Source: a virus
Direction: 5' to 3' (one strand)
IMG/VR virus record: IMGVR_UViG_3300031159_000070
Coordinates: 1 to 64,000 of that record
DNA length: 64,000 nt
The notes beneath the pieces are model-generated. The model did no database searches. It was not told the DNA's origin and saw only the letters and a program-made list of their open reading frames with translations. Of the stretch, positions 1-9,085 are shown piece after piece. The position numbers and the translations under genes were made by a program. How positions within the stretch are numbered: position 1 is the stretch's first letter; the number at the start of each line of letters is the position of its first letter.

Positions 1-1119
1 CTACTTTTGTTCCCTTCTGGCCTTGAGCGGCACCAGCTTCTGACGTCCAGCGCGCCGCATTTCGTCGGCCTGACGCACCACCTGCAGCTGGGTCGGGGAG
101 TACGTTCCGAAGATCGCGTTCGACTGAGCGAGCGTGTTGGCCAGCTTGGCGGCGAGCTGCGTCGGCTGCGCACCACCTGCAATGGCCTCTACGTTGCCTG
201 TGCGGCGCAGGTCCATCATTCGCCGGGTGTCGCCCGGAAAGAGAACATTGCGCACGGCGCGGAAGTCATCGCCCAGGGTGTCCTTCGAGTAGATGTGGCC
301 CGACCGGTTGCGAATGAACGGCTGGTCGTCCGGCACCGCGAACGGCAGCTCGGCGAGATAGCAGTTCAGGTGCTCCTCCGTCTCTTTCGAGAGCGTGGCA
401 TAGACATCTCTTTCCGTCTTCCCGCGCTTCGTCTCGAACCACACGCCGTTCTCGTCCCGGCGCTTCATGGCCAAGGTGAGCTGGCGGACGTCAACGGGCT
501 GCATCTGTGTGTCGTAGGCGATCGCGATGGCTAGGGCGAGCCCGCGATAGCCCAGCTCCTTCGCTTTTGCGATCAGCGCTTTGACCTCCGGCTCGTACCA
601 GATCTCTTTGCGCCCCGCCGGCGCCGAGTTGGCGATTCGGTGGGTTGGGTTCTCTTTGATGAGCTTGAACGCGATCCCGATCTCGAGTAGCGCCCTCAGG
701 ATCTTGAACACCCTGTGCTTCTTGTGCAGGCTGAAGCTTCGGTCGAGCTCGGCATAGAACGCATCGCAGGTCGGATAATCGATGCTCGCGACTGGTATGT
801 CTGCGAAGACCGGCTCGATCACCTTCCAGGCGAGATCCCACTCTTCGCGGGTGCGCGGCTTCTTGCGCGCCCATTCGTTTGTCTTGCGGTACTGGTCGAA
901 TAGCCAGCCGAGTGTGCCGTCTGGCCATGTGCGCTTGGCGGCTTGCCCCTTGCGCTCAGCATCCCACTGAGCGTTCAGCTTTTCGGCCTTCTCCCAGGCT
1001 TCCGGCCCATCCGGTCCAAGCGGCAGCACTCGGAAGCCTCTGGCCTTCATGGCCGGCGTAGGCTCCCAATACCCACGGCCGTTCTTGACACGGTAGTGCC
1101 TAATTCGCACGTTCCCCAT
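1..1119 (-). CDS. int: Tyrosine recombinase / phage integrase
   Basis: 372 aa; YDTQMQPVDVRQL, KRGKT, MMDLRRTG and a C-terminal Tyr (FGTYSP) fit a diverged alphaproteobacterial phage integrase. Confidence 0.85.
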   Translation of the reverse strand: MGNVRIRHYRVKNGRGYWEPTPAMKARGFRVLPLGPDGPEAWEKAEKLNAQWDAERKGQAAKRTWPDGTLGWLFDQYRKTNEWARKKPRTREEWDLAWKVIEPVFADIPVASIDYPTCDAFYAELDRSFSLHKKHRVFKILRALLEIGIAFKLIKENPTHRIANSAPAGRKEIWYEPEVKALIAKAKELGYRGLALAIAIAYDTQMQPVDVRQLTLAMKRRDENGVWFETKRGKTERDVYATLSKETEEHLNCYLAELPFAVPDDQPFIRNRSGHIYSKDTLGDDFRAVRNVLFPGDTRRMMDLRRTGNVEAIAGGAQPTQLAAKLANTLAQSNAIFGTYSPTQLQVVRQADEMRRAGRQKLVPLKARREQK

Positions 1120-1387
1120 CCCTTAGCGACCCCATTCTCGATCGTATCAGGTCGCTGAGATTAGTCGGTTTTCCTGCCGCGCCGAAGAGCTTGTCCAACC
1201 ATTGGTCAATGGCGAAGCGGTCTCTCCTGCCGAGTACAGGATGGGCTTTTGGGAGTCCGAGCTTTGTTTCGAGCTCTTCTGAGCGTCGCGAAAACTCATA
1301 GATGGACATGCCGAGGTAGTGAGCGGTCTCGGTCTCATTGATGAGCCGTGGCGGCTCTACGTCCGTCAGTCTAATGCGCTTTGCCAT
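1100..1387 (-). CDS. Excisionase-like DNA-binding protein
   Basis: Small HTH (PRLINETETAHYLGMS...DRFAIDQWLD) overlapping the integrase start. Confidence 0.7.
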   Translation of the reverse strand: MAKRIRLTDVEPPRLINETETAHYLGMSIYEFSRRSEELETKLGLPKAHPVLGRRDRFAIDQWLDKLFGAAGKPTNLSDLIRSRMGSLRDGERAN

Positions 1388-1405
1388 GATCGTGGCTGTG
1401 CTCTC

Positions 1406-1444
1406 AAAAAAAAGCGGCCGGGATGACTACCCCCCATCCCGGCC
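1406..1444 (-). terminator. Intrinsic terminator after the porin gene
   Basis: Stem GGCCGGGATG/CATCCCGGCC followed on the minus strand by a run of 8 T. Confidence 0.8.
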
Positions 1445-1484
1445 TCTGCCACCTCGGTTTCCCGATGGTTCCCTCTCTGGCAGA

Positions 1485-2717
1485 TCAGAAGCGGATGATC
1501 GCGCCACCCACTACGGTGCTGGCGTTTACGCCTTCGACGTCGAGATCGTAGTTGCGGTAGCCGACATAGAGATCAGTGGCCGCATTATCGATCGACTGCA
1601 CAACGCCGAGGCCCCAGAAGTCGAGCCGATAGTCACCGTCACCATCTTCACAGTCGCAAAGGCTGCTCTCGAGGCGGGCCCACTCGCCATAGAGGGTCGT
1701 ATTGCCCCAGCCGAAGAAGTTCCTTTCGATGCCCCCCTGGACGTGAACCGCCTTCGGATCGACGAACCAGAACGGCGCGCTGAAGTCCACGACAGGCACC
1801 GAGAGAAGAATGCCGCTGGTTGCAACACCTTCCACCTTGCCGGCAGCTCCGCTGACAAACAGACCGGAGGGAACGTGCATCACGGATGCCGATCCGGCGA
1901 TGGTCTCGACGCCAGTATCGAAATCGCTGTCTGCCTTCCGATAACCGATGCCAGCCGCCAGCTTGATATCGCCCAGCTCGCCGGCATAGCGCAGCGCCAC
2001 GTCCCAGCTGTCCTCGGCGTTGCCCATCCAGGCAGCCGAGACAGAGAAACCGGCAAACGTCGGCGAGATCCACCGCACAACGTCGGTTCGACCGCCATCG
2101 AACGGTGTATTGACGCCACCCAACCATGCGCTCGACAGCGGCTCAAATGACAGCAGCGTGCTGGCGACCGCCGTATTGGCGACAGAGATTTCCGCGATGC
2201 CGTCGGTTGCGGTGCTGGTCTGGCCAAGCCACACCGTGCCGAGCTGCGCATGCTGCAAGTAAAGAGCCGAATGACGGACAACGAGATCGCTGTTGATCTT
2301 GCCGCCACTGCCGAGCGATACGTCGAACGGCGCCACGTCGATTCCGATTGCTGGCTCAGCCGCACCGATGCCGAGCTCGATCAAGAAGCCAGCCGACCAG
2401 TCCGGTGAAATCTTGGCATCACCCTTGAAGCCGAACCGAGTCTGCGAGTTCGGGTTATTGGTGATCGTCGTCTCAGAAATGCCCACACCATCGAATGGAG
2501 TGTCGATCTCAGTGTGGAGGATCGCATAATTGACCTGTCCGTAGACCGTCAGCGATACCTTGCGGTTGTCCTTGCGCGCGGCCGTCGCCTCGAGCTCGGC
2601 AATCCGCTCCTCAAGATCCTGGCAGCATGCCCCGCCGTAATCAGCAGCGAGCGCACCGCTCGAGAATAGTGCTGCGATACCTACAAGGCATGCAGTCTTC
2701 CTTACTTTCTTCATCAT
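1485..2717 (-). CDS. Outer-membrane porin (Hyphomicrobiales type)
   Basis: Signal peptide, ADYGGACCQDLEERIAELEATAARKDNRKVSLTVYGQVN N-terminus, TRFGFKG strand, C-terminal Phe. Confidence 0.85.
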   Translation of the reverse strand: MMKKVRKTACLVGIAALFSSGALAADYGGACCQDLEERIAELEATAARKDNRKVSLTVYGQVNYAILHTEIDTPFDGVGISETTITNNPNSQTRFGFKGDAKISPDWSAGFLIELGIGAAEPAIGIDVAPFDVSLGSGGKINSDLVVRHSALYLQHAQLGTVWLGQTSTATDGIAEISVANTAVASTLLSFEPLSSAWLGGVNTPFDGGRTDVVRWISPTFAGFSVSAAWMGNAEDSWDVALRYAGELGDIKLAAGIGYRKADSDFDTGVETIAGSASVMHVPSGLFVSGAAGKVEGVATSGILLSVPVVDFSAPFWFVDPKAVHVQGGIERNFFGWGNTTLYGEWARLESSLCDCEDGDGDYRLDFWGLGVVQSIDNAATDLYVGYRNYDLDVEGVNASTVVGGAIIRF

Positions 2718-2835
2718 GGCTGTCCTTCTTCCATGGAACCAGGGCGATGGTCGCGAAGAACGCCGCTTACTGAACCAGGGGAAGCCGCCCGGGCCGCAAC
2801 CCTGCATCCCGCCCTCTCATAAGACAAGACCAATT

Positions 2836-2852
2836 GGCTAGTCACACTAGAC
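2836..2852. promoter_or_regulatory. 17-bp palindromic operator-like site
   Basis: GGCTAG-TCACA-CTAGAC, upstream of the porin. Confidence 0.6.
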
Positions 2853-2904
2853 GATGCTGTGACCTTGTGTTCTCCAGGCAACATACCGATCAGCCGGAAA
2901 CTGC

Positions 2905-3002
2905 GATTGTCGAGGTGGCCGCCAGACTAGGGAGGGCAGGCGGCCACCTCACGGGGGAGGCTGCATTCCGACGTCAGATGGGGGGGGCAGTCGGGTGCAG
3001 CG
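2905..3002 (-). ncRNA. Candidate two-hairpin sRNA with C-rich (anti-SD) loops
   Basis: TTGACG-17-TAGTCT promoter at 3037-3009; hairpins 2960-3001 and 2912-2950 with loops containing CCCCCCCC and CCCUCCC. Confidence 0.5.
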
Positions 3003-3032
3003 CGTTTGAGACTAATCACATGAGTATTGACC

Positions 3033-3049
3033 GTCAAGTTATACTTAAC
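3033..3049. promoter_or_regulatory. 17-bp palindromic operator-like site overlapping a -35 box
   Basis: GTCAAG-TTATA-CTTAAC. Confidence 0.5.
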
Positions 3050-3722
3050 CGTTTGCCGGTTCCGGTGTAGATTCCGTGCCACCATCTGCTTTGATGGTGA
3101 GGCCTGGCGTGCCTGCTGTTGCGGCCCTGGATCGCTGTGACTTCAGCTTTCTGCTCAGGCTCAAGAGATGGTGCGCGTGCCGCTCCGGGTCGAATTTTTC
3201 ATCAGGAGCGAGTCTGCTCACAATCGTGCGTATCTCCATGATGAACTTGAACTTTTGGATCACCGGCAGATTGTCGAGCAGCGCATTGCAGGCCTTGTGT
3301 GCCAGGGCCAGATTGGCCGGCACGTGAATCCCACCGTGGTCTTGTGACAGCCAGTGCTCGATCGTCTCATCGCCATCGAGCGCCTGACCACATACGCAGC
3401 ACCATTCGCCGTCGCGAAGTTTGAGTATCGTGCGCAGATCGTGCCGTCGGCTTCCTGACAGCTTCGATTTGCGTTTGACCTCCCCGATCGGCTCTTCTGG
3501 CTCAATGAACCTGCCGCGCTTGAAGGCCATGAAATGCTTGCTTGCCGCCGGCGGGATCGTCAGCTCGCCGCGCGCATTCGTGTAGATGACGATCGTGCCG
3601 ACGCGCGGCATGCGATAGCGCAGGACCTCCCATTGATTGGTCGGCTCCTCGATCGTCGCCCCGTTGAAGGTGAGATAGCGCGCGAAGTCATCGAGATCCG
3701 CGCGCCGCATGGACACCGACAC
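3045..3722 (-). CDS. HNH endonuclease-domain protein
   Basis: RDGEWCCVCG...TIEHW...NLALAHKACN HNH motif in the C-terminal half. Confidence 0.8.
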   Translation of the reverse strand: MSVSMRRADLDDFARYLTFNGATIEEPTNQWEVLRYRMPRVGTIVIYTNARGELTIPPAASKHFMAFKRGRFIEPEEPIGEVKRKSKLSGSRRHDLRTILKLRDGEWCCVCGQALDGDETIEHWLSQDHGGIHVPANLALAHKACNALLDNLPVIQKFKFIMEIRTIVSRLAPDEKFDPERHAHHLLSLSRKLKSQRSRAATAGTPGLTIKADGGTESTPEPANG

Positions 3723-3726
3723 GGGT

Positions 3727-5682
3727 TCAGGCCTCCGGTGCCTTGCGCACTGGCGGCCACGTCATGCCGGCGAGCTTGCGAAGGTCCTTCTGACCATCCC
3801 ACAACGGCGGCTTTTCCATCTCGGGTGGCGGCGAGATGGAGGACGTGATCTGACGGAAAACCGCCACCGGATCACCGACATCACGACCAAGCACCGGCCA
3901 CAACACGAGCGCCCGCTTCATCCCTTCCATCAGCTGGCGGAGCAGAGAAGGGGATGATGCGTAGGTCAGATCAACGAGCAAATCGGTGTCTTCGTCGGTC
4001 AGCTCGAACGGCTCGGCATAGCGTCGAAGAATGGCAAAGCGCTCGTCCTCGCCCGGCAGGCCCATTTCAACCTGCATGTCAAATCGGCGCCATAAGGCAC
4101 TGTCGATATTTTCCTTTTTGTTCGTCGCCGCGAGACACAATCCCTGGAACTGCTCGATCCGGCGCAGCATCACCGTGAGATAAGCCGAGCGCTCTTTGTC
4201 GGAGGCTTGCGAGCCTGAGCGATGCGGAGCGATGGCATCGATCTCGTCGAACAGGACCACGCACTTGTCGGCTGCTTGGTCGAGCAGGCGGAATACCTCG
4301 CCCAGGTTGCGCCCGGTCTCGCCAACCCACTGGCTGATAACGTCCTCGCTCTGGATTGCAACGAGCGGCAATCCAAGACGCGCTGCGAAGTGGTGCGCGA
4401 ATGTGGTGTTGTGCGTAACCACATAGTTGTTGGTGATATAAGTCTCACTCGGATGTGAAACCTTGATGCATGACATTTCCTCGAATCTGCCTGTTCGCTC
4501 CACGTGTTCGATAGTGCGCCGCGCCTGCGATGCTCCCTGCTGTTCCGGCAGCTTGCTATTATGGCGAGGCAGAGACATCAGGTCTCGTCCGAAAGGATGA
4601 TGCACGTGGACAACCCACGCCGGCCTTCCGTTGCGCTTTTCTCCCCGATACGTGTAAGTCGGCTGTTTTGGCGATATGGTAGCGATTCCGCCGAGGCTAT
4701 TCACGACGTCGACGATATCGCGAGCGAGAACCTCTGAGGTGGTCGATATCTGAACGTTGTTGCAACGCTGAGCGTAACCGTCAGTGTCGAGAATGCCTTG
4801 CAGCACCTTTAGTCTGGCTGATTTCGATGCAAGCTTGTAGAGATCCGGGATGAACTTCTCATAGCTGTGAAGGCCAGACAGTCCAAGCCGAACAAGGGCA
4901 TCACGCAGTGATGTGATTTTTCCGCTGCGCTCCTTATTGACGATTCGGTAGTCGTAGCGGTCAATCCACCGCAATTCCATTTCATCCGGAAGAGCTGCCT
5001 TGATGCGCTCGATTACATCTGAATCGGCTGCGGTGAATCTAATCGATTCCTTTTCCCGCAGGCTGCCATCTCCGATCAGCGCTCCAAGCAAATACGGGTC
5101 AATGGGCAGCTCATTCGTATGACCGAAGTCACCAGTAACCAGCGGAACAGTTAGTCGGCACTGGTTCGACTTCCTTTTCAGTTTTTCGGCAATAGTTTTG
5201 GTTTCGAGCACGCGTTGACTGTGCCAGTCTTTGTGCTTCAGCAACCACAAATGTTCCGCGCAACACTCGACAATACTGCCGTCGCTGAAGTGAACTCTCC
5301 AAACCTCGCGTTCGCCTTGCGGAAACACCCCCACGACCATAGATGGCGCACCATCTATAGACGCGATCTGATCTCCGACTTTTAAGTCACCGAGTTTTGA
5401 CCAACCCGATAGCGTTTTAACCAACGAAGTGTTGGGCTGGGCTTTTCCTGTACCTGGCGGCCCGAACAGCATCGCGGTGCGCCGCGGCTTGAGGCCAACT
5501 TCCGCCAGCTTGTCGCGATGGTTGATCTCGCGCATCCATTCGATCAAGGCGCTGCGCACTGGTGGCGTCAGGATCGGTTCGTCGACCTCGTGTGGCTCGA
5601 GGATTTTCCCGAATCTCTCGAGCCCCCTTAGAGCCGAACGCGTGTCGTCGGAATACATAAGAGTTGCTGAGGCGCGTCGCAT
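3727..5682 (-). CDS. AAA+ ATPase interrupted by an intein
   Basis: Walker A GPPGTGK|T split by an insert; Walker B VLFDEID; sensor ATN; ALWRRFD. Confidence 0.9.
   Translation of the reverse strand: MRRASATLMYSDDTRSALRGLERFGKILEPHEVDEPILTPPVRSALIEWMREINHRDKLAEVGLKPRRTAMLFGPPGTGKAQPNTSLVKTLSGWSKLGDLKVGDQIASIDGAPSMVVGVFPQGEREVWRVHFSDGSIVECCAEHLWLLKHKDWHSQRVLETKTIAEKLKRKSNQCRLTVPLVTGDFGHTNELPIDPYLLGALIGDGSLREKESIRFTAADSDVIERIKAALPDEMELRWIDRYDYRIVNKERSGKITSLRDALVRLGLSGLHSYEKFIPDLYKLASKSARLKVLQGILDTDGYAQRCNNVQISTTSEVLARDIVDVVNSLGGIATISPKQPTYTYRGEKRNGRPAWVVHVHHPFGRDLMSLPRHNSKLPEQQGASQARRTIEHVERTGRFEEMSCIKVSHPSETYITNNYVVTHNTTFAHHFAARLGLPLVAIQSEDVISQWVGETGRNLGEVFRLLDQAADKCVVLFDEIDAIAPHRSGSQASDKERSAYLTVMLRRIEQFQGLCLAATNKKENIDSALWRRFDMQVEMGLPGEDERFAILRRYAEPFELTDEDTDLLVDLTYASSPSLLRQLMEGMKRALVLWPVLGRDVGDPVAVFRQITSSISPPPEMEKPPLWDGQKDLRKLAGMTWPPVRKAPEA
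4408..5442 (-). mobile_element. 345-aa intein with LAGLIDADG homing endonuclease, class 3 signature
   Basis: Begins AQP, ends VVTHN|T; block B CAEHLW; block F MSCIKV; LLGALIGDG and LQGILDTDG motifs; visibly more AT-rich than flanks. Confidence 0.9.
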
Positions 5683-5690
5683 TTAATCTC

Positions 5691-6341
5691 CTATTCAGCT
5701 GGCGGTGGCGCCGGCGGCTGTTCACCTGGCTTGCTGTCCGGCTCGTCTTCCGGCTTCTTCTCTTTCGGCTTGCGCCGCCATGCCTCGGGAATTTCCAATC
5801 CGTCGGTGCCCGTTTCCTGACACCATCCCTCATCCCAGGCGGCACGCCGCTCGTCGTTGGCGGGATAGGGGTTTTCCGTGATCTTCTTGCCGGCACGCGC
5901 TGCCTCGCGCCCCTTTTCACGTGCCTCTTCGATGGTCTCCTTCGGCTCCGTCAGCGCGTCGATCTCGTCAGGCTCCTCTTGCTCTGGCGGACGCAGATCA
6001 AGCTCTGGCTCATTCTCTCCGGACAGCTTCTTGACCGTCGGCGGCGACAGTGGCCTTCCGCCGAGCATTCCGAGAGCTGCTTTATAGAGCTCTATTATAG
6101 TCTCGTGCTCCTGACGGTCGGCCTCGGTCATTTTCCTGAGCCGCAAGATCACGCGCATGGCCTTAGGATCGAAGCCCATCGCCTTGGCTTCTTTGAACTT
6201 GCTCGAAATGTCGTCGGCGATGGCCTTCTTTTCCTCGTCAAGCCGCTCGAGTTGCTCGATGAATTGCCTCAGGTGCTCTGCGGCCGTCGAATTGCTACCA
6301 GGGCCGCTGCCATGGCCGTTACCATGCCCGTTGCCGCTCAT
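5691..6341 (-). CDS. GapR/DUF2312-like nucleoid protein with a C-terminal RMF-like motif
   Basis: LRQFIEQLERLDEEKKAIADDISSKFKEAKAMGFD...LYKAALGM; C-terminal GREAARAG..NPY..RRAAWDEGW. Confidence 0.8.
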   Translation of the reverse strand: MSGNGHGNGHGSGPGSNSTAAEHLRQFIEQLERLDEEKKAIADDISSKFKEAKAMGFDPKAMRVILRLRKMTEADRQEHETIIELYKAALGMLGGRPLSPPTVKKLSGENEPELDLRPPEQEEPDEIDALTEPKETIEEAREKGREAARAGKKITENPYPANDERRAAWDEGWCQETGTDGLEIPEAWRRKPKEKKPEDEPDSKPGEQPPAPPPAE

Positions 6342-6395
6342 AGGGATCTCCAGATGCTTTGAAGCTCATCAAAGTAGACCCCATGAGTGCATAAC

Positions 6396-6412
6396 GTCAA
6401 GCGACACTAGAC
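6396..6412. promoter_or_regulatory. 17-bp palindromic operator-like site overlapping a -35 box
   Basis: GTCAAG-CGACA-CTAGAC upstream of the GapR-like gene. Confidence 0.7.
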
Positions 6413-6823
6413 TTTTCGCACACGACAAATCCGCTCCATCTCGGCCTCAATTGTTGCGAGAGCGGTTTCGGTCTCTGTCATCACCTCGGCGAGACGATCG
6501 CGCCAGGACGCAAGCTCATTGCGGACCTTCTGAACTTGCTGCAGCATGAGGTCGGCTTTGATCTCGCGGTGCACCGGGCCGAACAGCTCGGCACGGATGG
6601 CCTTGATCTCGGCCAGCTCGACAGCGATGCCTGACTTGCGCAGCGCGCGCTGCACGCTCGTGTCGGACTGGCCGGCGCGGTATCCGGCCTGGGGGTTGAT
6701 GTAGGCTTTGTCGAGAGCGCGCACGATGGCGCGGCGCTTCTCCCACAGCGGCGCCTGCAGGGCGAGGGCGGCGTCGAGCGATCGCCCGGCGCCGGTCCTC
6801 TTCGGAGCTGCTTTCCTGCCCAT
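6407..6823 (-). CDS. Hypothetical protein (coiled-coil C-terminus)
   Basis: ORF coupled to the upstream HTH gene. Confidence 0.55.
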   Translation of the reverse strand: MGRKAAPKRTGAGRSLDAALALQAPLWEKRRAIVRALDKAYINPQAGYRAGQSDTSVQRALRKSGIAVELAEIKAIRAELFGPVHREIKADLMLQQVQKVRNELASWRDRLAEVMTETETALATIEAEMERICRVRKV

Positions 6824-7116
6824 CAGTTGAGCGCGATGCGCGCCTCGCTGCTGATGCTTGGCCGCTTCGTTTGCGTCGCCGGCTCGTGGATGGGCACCAG
6901 CTCCAGCTTCATTCCGGCGACGCGCGCGACGCTGGCGAGCGTGTTGACGCGCGGATAGAGCGTCGTGCCGTTGCGCCAATTGTAGATCGTGCCGACCGAT
7001 ACGCCGGATTTTTGGGAGATTTCCTGAGCAGACAGATGCCGTACAGCTCGCAATACCTGAAAAATGATGCGGTCCCGCTCAGGCTTATGGACGCGTTGGC
7101 GCTTGAATCTAGCCAC
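6823..7116 (-). CDS. XRE-family HTH regulator
   Basis: LSAQEISQKSGVSVGTIYNWRNG..PRVNTL. Confidence 0.8.
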   Translation of the reverse strand: MARFKRQRVHKPERDRIIFQVLRAVRHLSAQEISQKSGVSVGTIYNWRNGTTLYPRVNTLASVARVAGMKLELVPIHEPATQTKRPSISSEARIALN

Positions 7117-7191
7117 GATTAACTCTCCTTCAGCTTCACGAAAAACTGGGGCGGCGTGGAATGCTCCGCGCCGCGATGATCATGCAGGAAC

Positions 7192-7953
7192 TCAGCTGCC
7201 GAAGCGATAGTTCACTCCGACGCGGAAGATATCGAACTCAAGTGTAGTGTCGGTGATGGAGTCGGTTGCAACCGGCTTGTCGAATTGCTGGTTCTGGCTC
7301 CACTGCATACCGACGGCATGATATCTCGCCTCGCCGAGATTGACGTGCAGCCACTCGCCCCGCACGGTCCAGTTGTCAGCTACAGCAAACTCGGTGCCGG
7401 CGCCTGCGACCCAGCCGAGATGGTACTCGTCAGCCGATGCTTTGACTGTAATGCCTGGGTTATTTTTGGGATTGTCAACGACTGTGTGGTTCAGGTCGGC
7501 TTTTGCCCATGCCAGACCACCTGTCCCGTATAGCAACAGACGAGGTGTAACAAGAAAGCCAAGACGACCACGCACTGTACCGAAGGCGTCGACTGAAAAG
7601 TTGTCGATCCAGCTCACGGCTTTTGTTTTCGTGAAGACTTCCTTGCTTCCTTCCAGATCACCCCAGGAGGCATCAGCCTCTATGCCCCACACCAGCGAAC
7701 CGTGCTGTCGATTTGCCCCGATCTGTAGACCGCCCAGCCATCCATTAAAGCCATAGCTCTGGTTCGGATTGTCCCAGATGTCCTCCGATTTTGATCCGGC
7801 AGTGTGCAGAGTGCCCTGCCAATCGCCGTCGGCGTATCCCACGTGGCCACCGACATAGAGCCCGGACCAGTTGTGGATTGGCTCATCGGCCTGCGCCGGC
7901 ATCGCAAATGCAGCCGCCAGCACGGCCGCAGAGAATGCAGTCGAGAGTTTCAT
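7192..7953 (-). CDS. Omp25/RopB-family outer-membrane beta-barrel protein
   Basis: Signal peptide, NWSGLYVGGHVGY, GTVRGRLG, LYGTGGLA, GWVAGAG.E, RVGVNYRF. Confidence 0.9.
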   Translation of the reverse strand: MKLSTAFSAAVLAAAFAMPAQADEPIHNWSGLYVGGHVGYADGDWQGTLHTAGSKSEDIWDNPNQSYGFNGWLGGLQIGANRQHGSLVWGIEADASWGDLEGSKEVFTKTKAVSWIDNFSVDAFGTVRGRLGFLVTPRLLLYGTGGLAWAKADLNHTVVDNPKNNPGITVKASADEYHLGWVAGAGTEFAVADNWTVRGEWLHVNLGEARYHAVGMQWSQNQQFDKPVATDSITDTTLEFDIFRVGVNYRFGS

Positions 7954-8010
7954 GCCCAATCTCCTGTCTGACGTCGAACTGATAATTTAGGACCGGCCTT
8001 TCGCTCAGGC

Positions 8011-8454
8011 TCAGGCCTGGGGCGATACGCGCGTACCGGTTTCCATTGATTTCGCCAGCGTGCTCAATCCGCTGACGAAGCTGTTGCGCTGACCCTCCGG
8101 GACAGCATCGAGGATCATTCGGTCGACTTCCTCCGCGGCAACTCGAACCTCATTAAGCAGACCCCTACCGAGCTCGGTGAGCCTCACATCATAGGCACGC
8201 ATGTCGCTGCGGTTACGCCTTCTGGTGATCAGCCTCTTGCCAATCAGTCGACGGATCACATCAGCCAGCGTCGAGCGATCGATACCCGTTCTGCGCACCA
8301 GATCGGTCTGCGATGCGGTTCCCAGTTTCTGCAGTGTGTCGAGCACCACGAATTGCCGCGGCGTCAGGCCTTTGGCTTTTTCTCCAAACAGCGCGTCGGT
8401 GTTCTGCGCCGCGCGATGCATCAAGTGAACGATCGAAAAGTTTGTGATACGCAT
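8011..8454 (-). CDS. MarR-family transcriptional regulator
   Basis: HLMHRA..LTPRQFVVL..SQTDLVRRTGIDRSTLADVIRRL..RRR..DMRAYDVRLT. Confidence 0.88.
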   Translation of the reverse strand: MRITNFSIVHLMHRAAQNTDALFGEKAKGLTPRQFVVLDTLQKLGTASQTDLVRRTGIDRSTLADVIRRLIGKRLITRRRNRSDMRAYDVRLTELGRGLLNEVRVAAEEVDRMILDAVPEGQRNSFVSGLSTLAKSMETGTRVSPQA

Positions 8455-8491
8455 TTTCTCAAGCCCTCTGGTTTGGTACGCCACTCGCCAG

Positions 8492-8773
8492 CTACGACGG
8501 TCTTATCTGCCGCCATCCTTCATCGTGCTCTTCGAAACCAAGCTCGCTCATCACCCGACGAATGAGCGCCATAGCGCCGGATTCTGCCTGCTCAAGCTCT
8601 GCTTCCGCACACGATCGGCACAACACGACCGGGCCCTGGCCGACATTGATCCGCCAGGGTCGCACCATCGGTTTGGAGCAGCCAGGACAGCCGGGCGCGC
8701 CTGCCGGCGGCTCGATCATCAGATCATGAAGGTCGAGTTGTCCGCCGCCGGCTGTCTTGCCGCTGCGTCTCAT
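8492..8773 (-). CDS. Small CxxC...CxxC zinc-ribbon protein
   Basis: CPGC and CRSC motifs; coupled ORF. Confidence 0.5.
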   Translation of the reverse strand: MRRSGKTAGGGQLDLHDLMIEPPAGAPGCPGCSKPMVRPWRINVGQGPVVLCRSCAEAELEQAESGAMALIRRVMSELGFEEHDEGWRQIRPS

Positions 8774-9033
8774 GCCCTGTCTCGAGCCCGATCTCGGATG
8801 CCTCCCAGGTCAAGGCTCTGCATGAAATCGATGTGTCGCAGCAGTTCTCTGAGCTGCGAGACAGACATGATCAGCTTGCATTGAACCTCGTCGCCCGGGA
8901 TGTGGAACTCGCGCGTGATTGCGTCGACATCCGCCACGATGTTGCGCATCCAGTTCGGGATATTGGTCGCGCCCGGCGGGATCTCAATCACTTCCAGCTG
9001 TGCCCGCATGACTTGTACCTCACATATCACCAC
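8770..9033 (-). CDS. Hypothetical protein
   Basis: Co-oriented ORF overlapping its neighbour. Confidence 0.45.
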   Translation of the reverse strand: MVICEVQVMRAQLEVIEIPPGATNIPNWMRNIVADVDAITREFHIPGDEVQCKLIMSVSQLRELLRHIDFMQSLDLGGIRDRARDRA

Positions 9034-9068
9034 ACTATACAGCGCGCCTAAGCCAAATCAATCGGCTA

Positions 9069-9085
9069 GTCAAGTTCTACTCGAC
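9069..9085. promoter_or_regulatory. 17-bp palindromic operator-like site
   Basis: GTCAAG-TTCTA-CTCGAC at a gene boundary. Confidence 0.55.
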
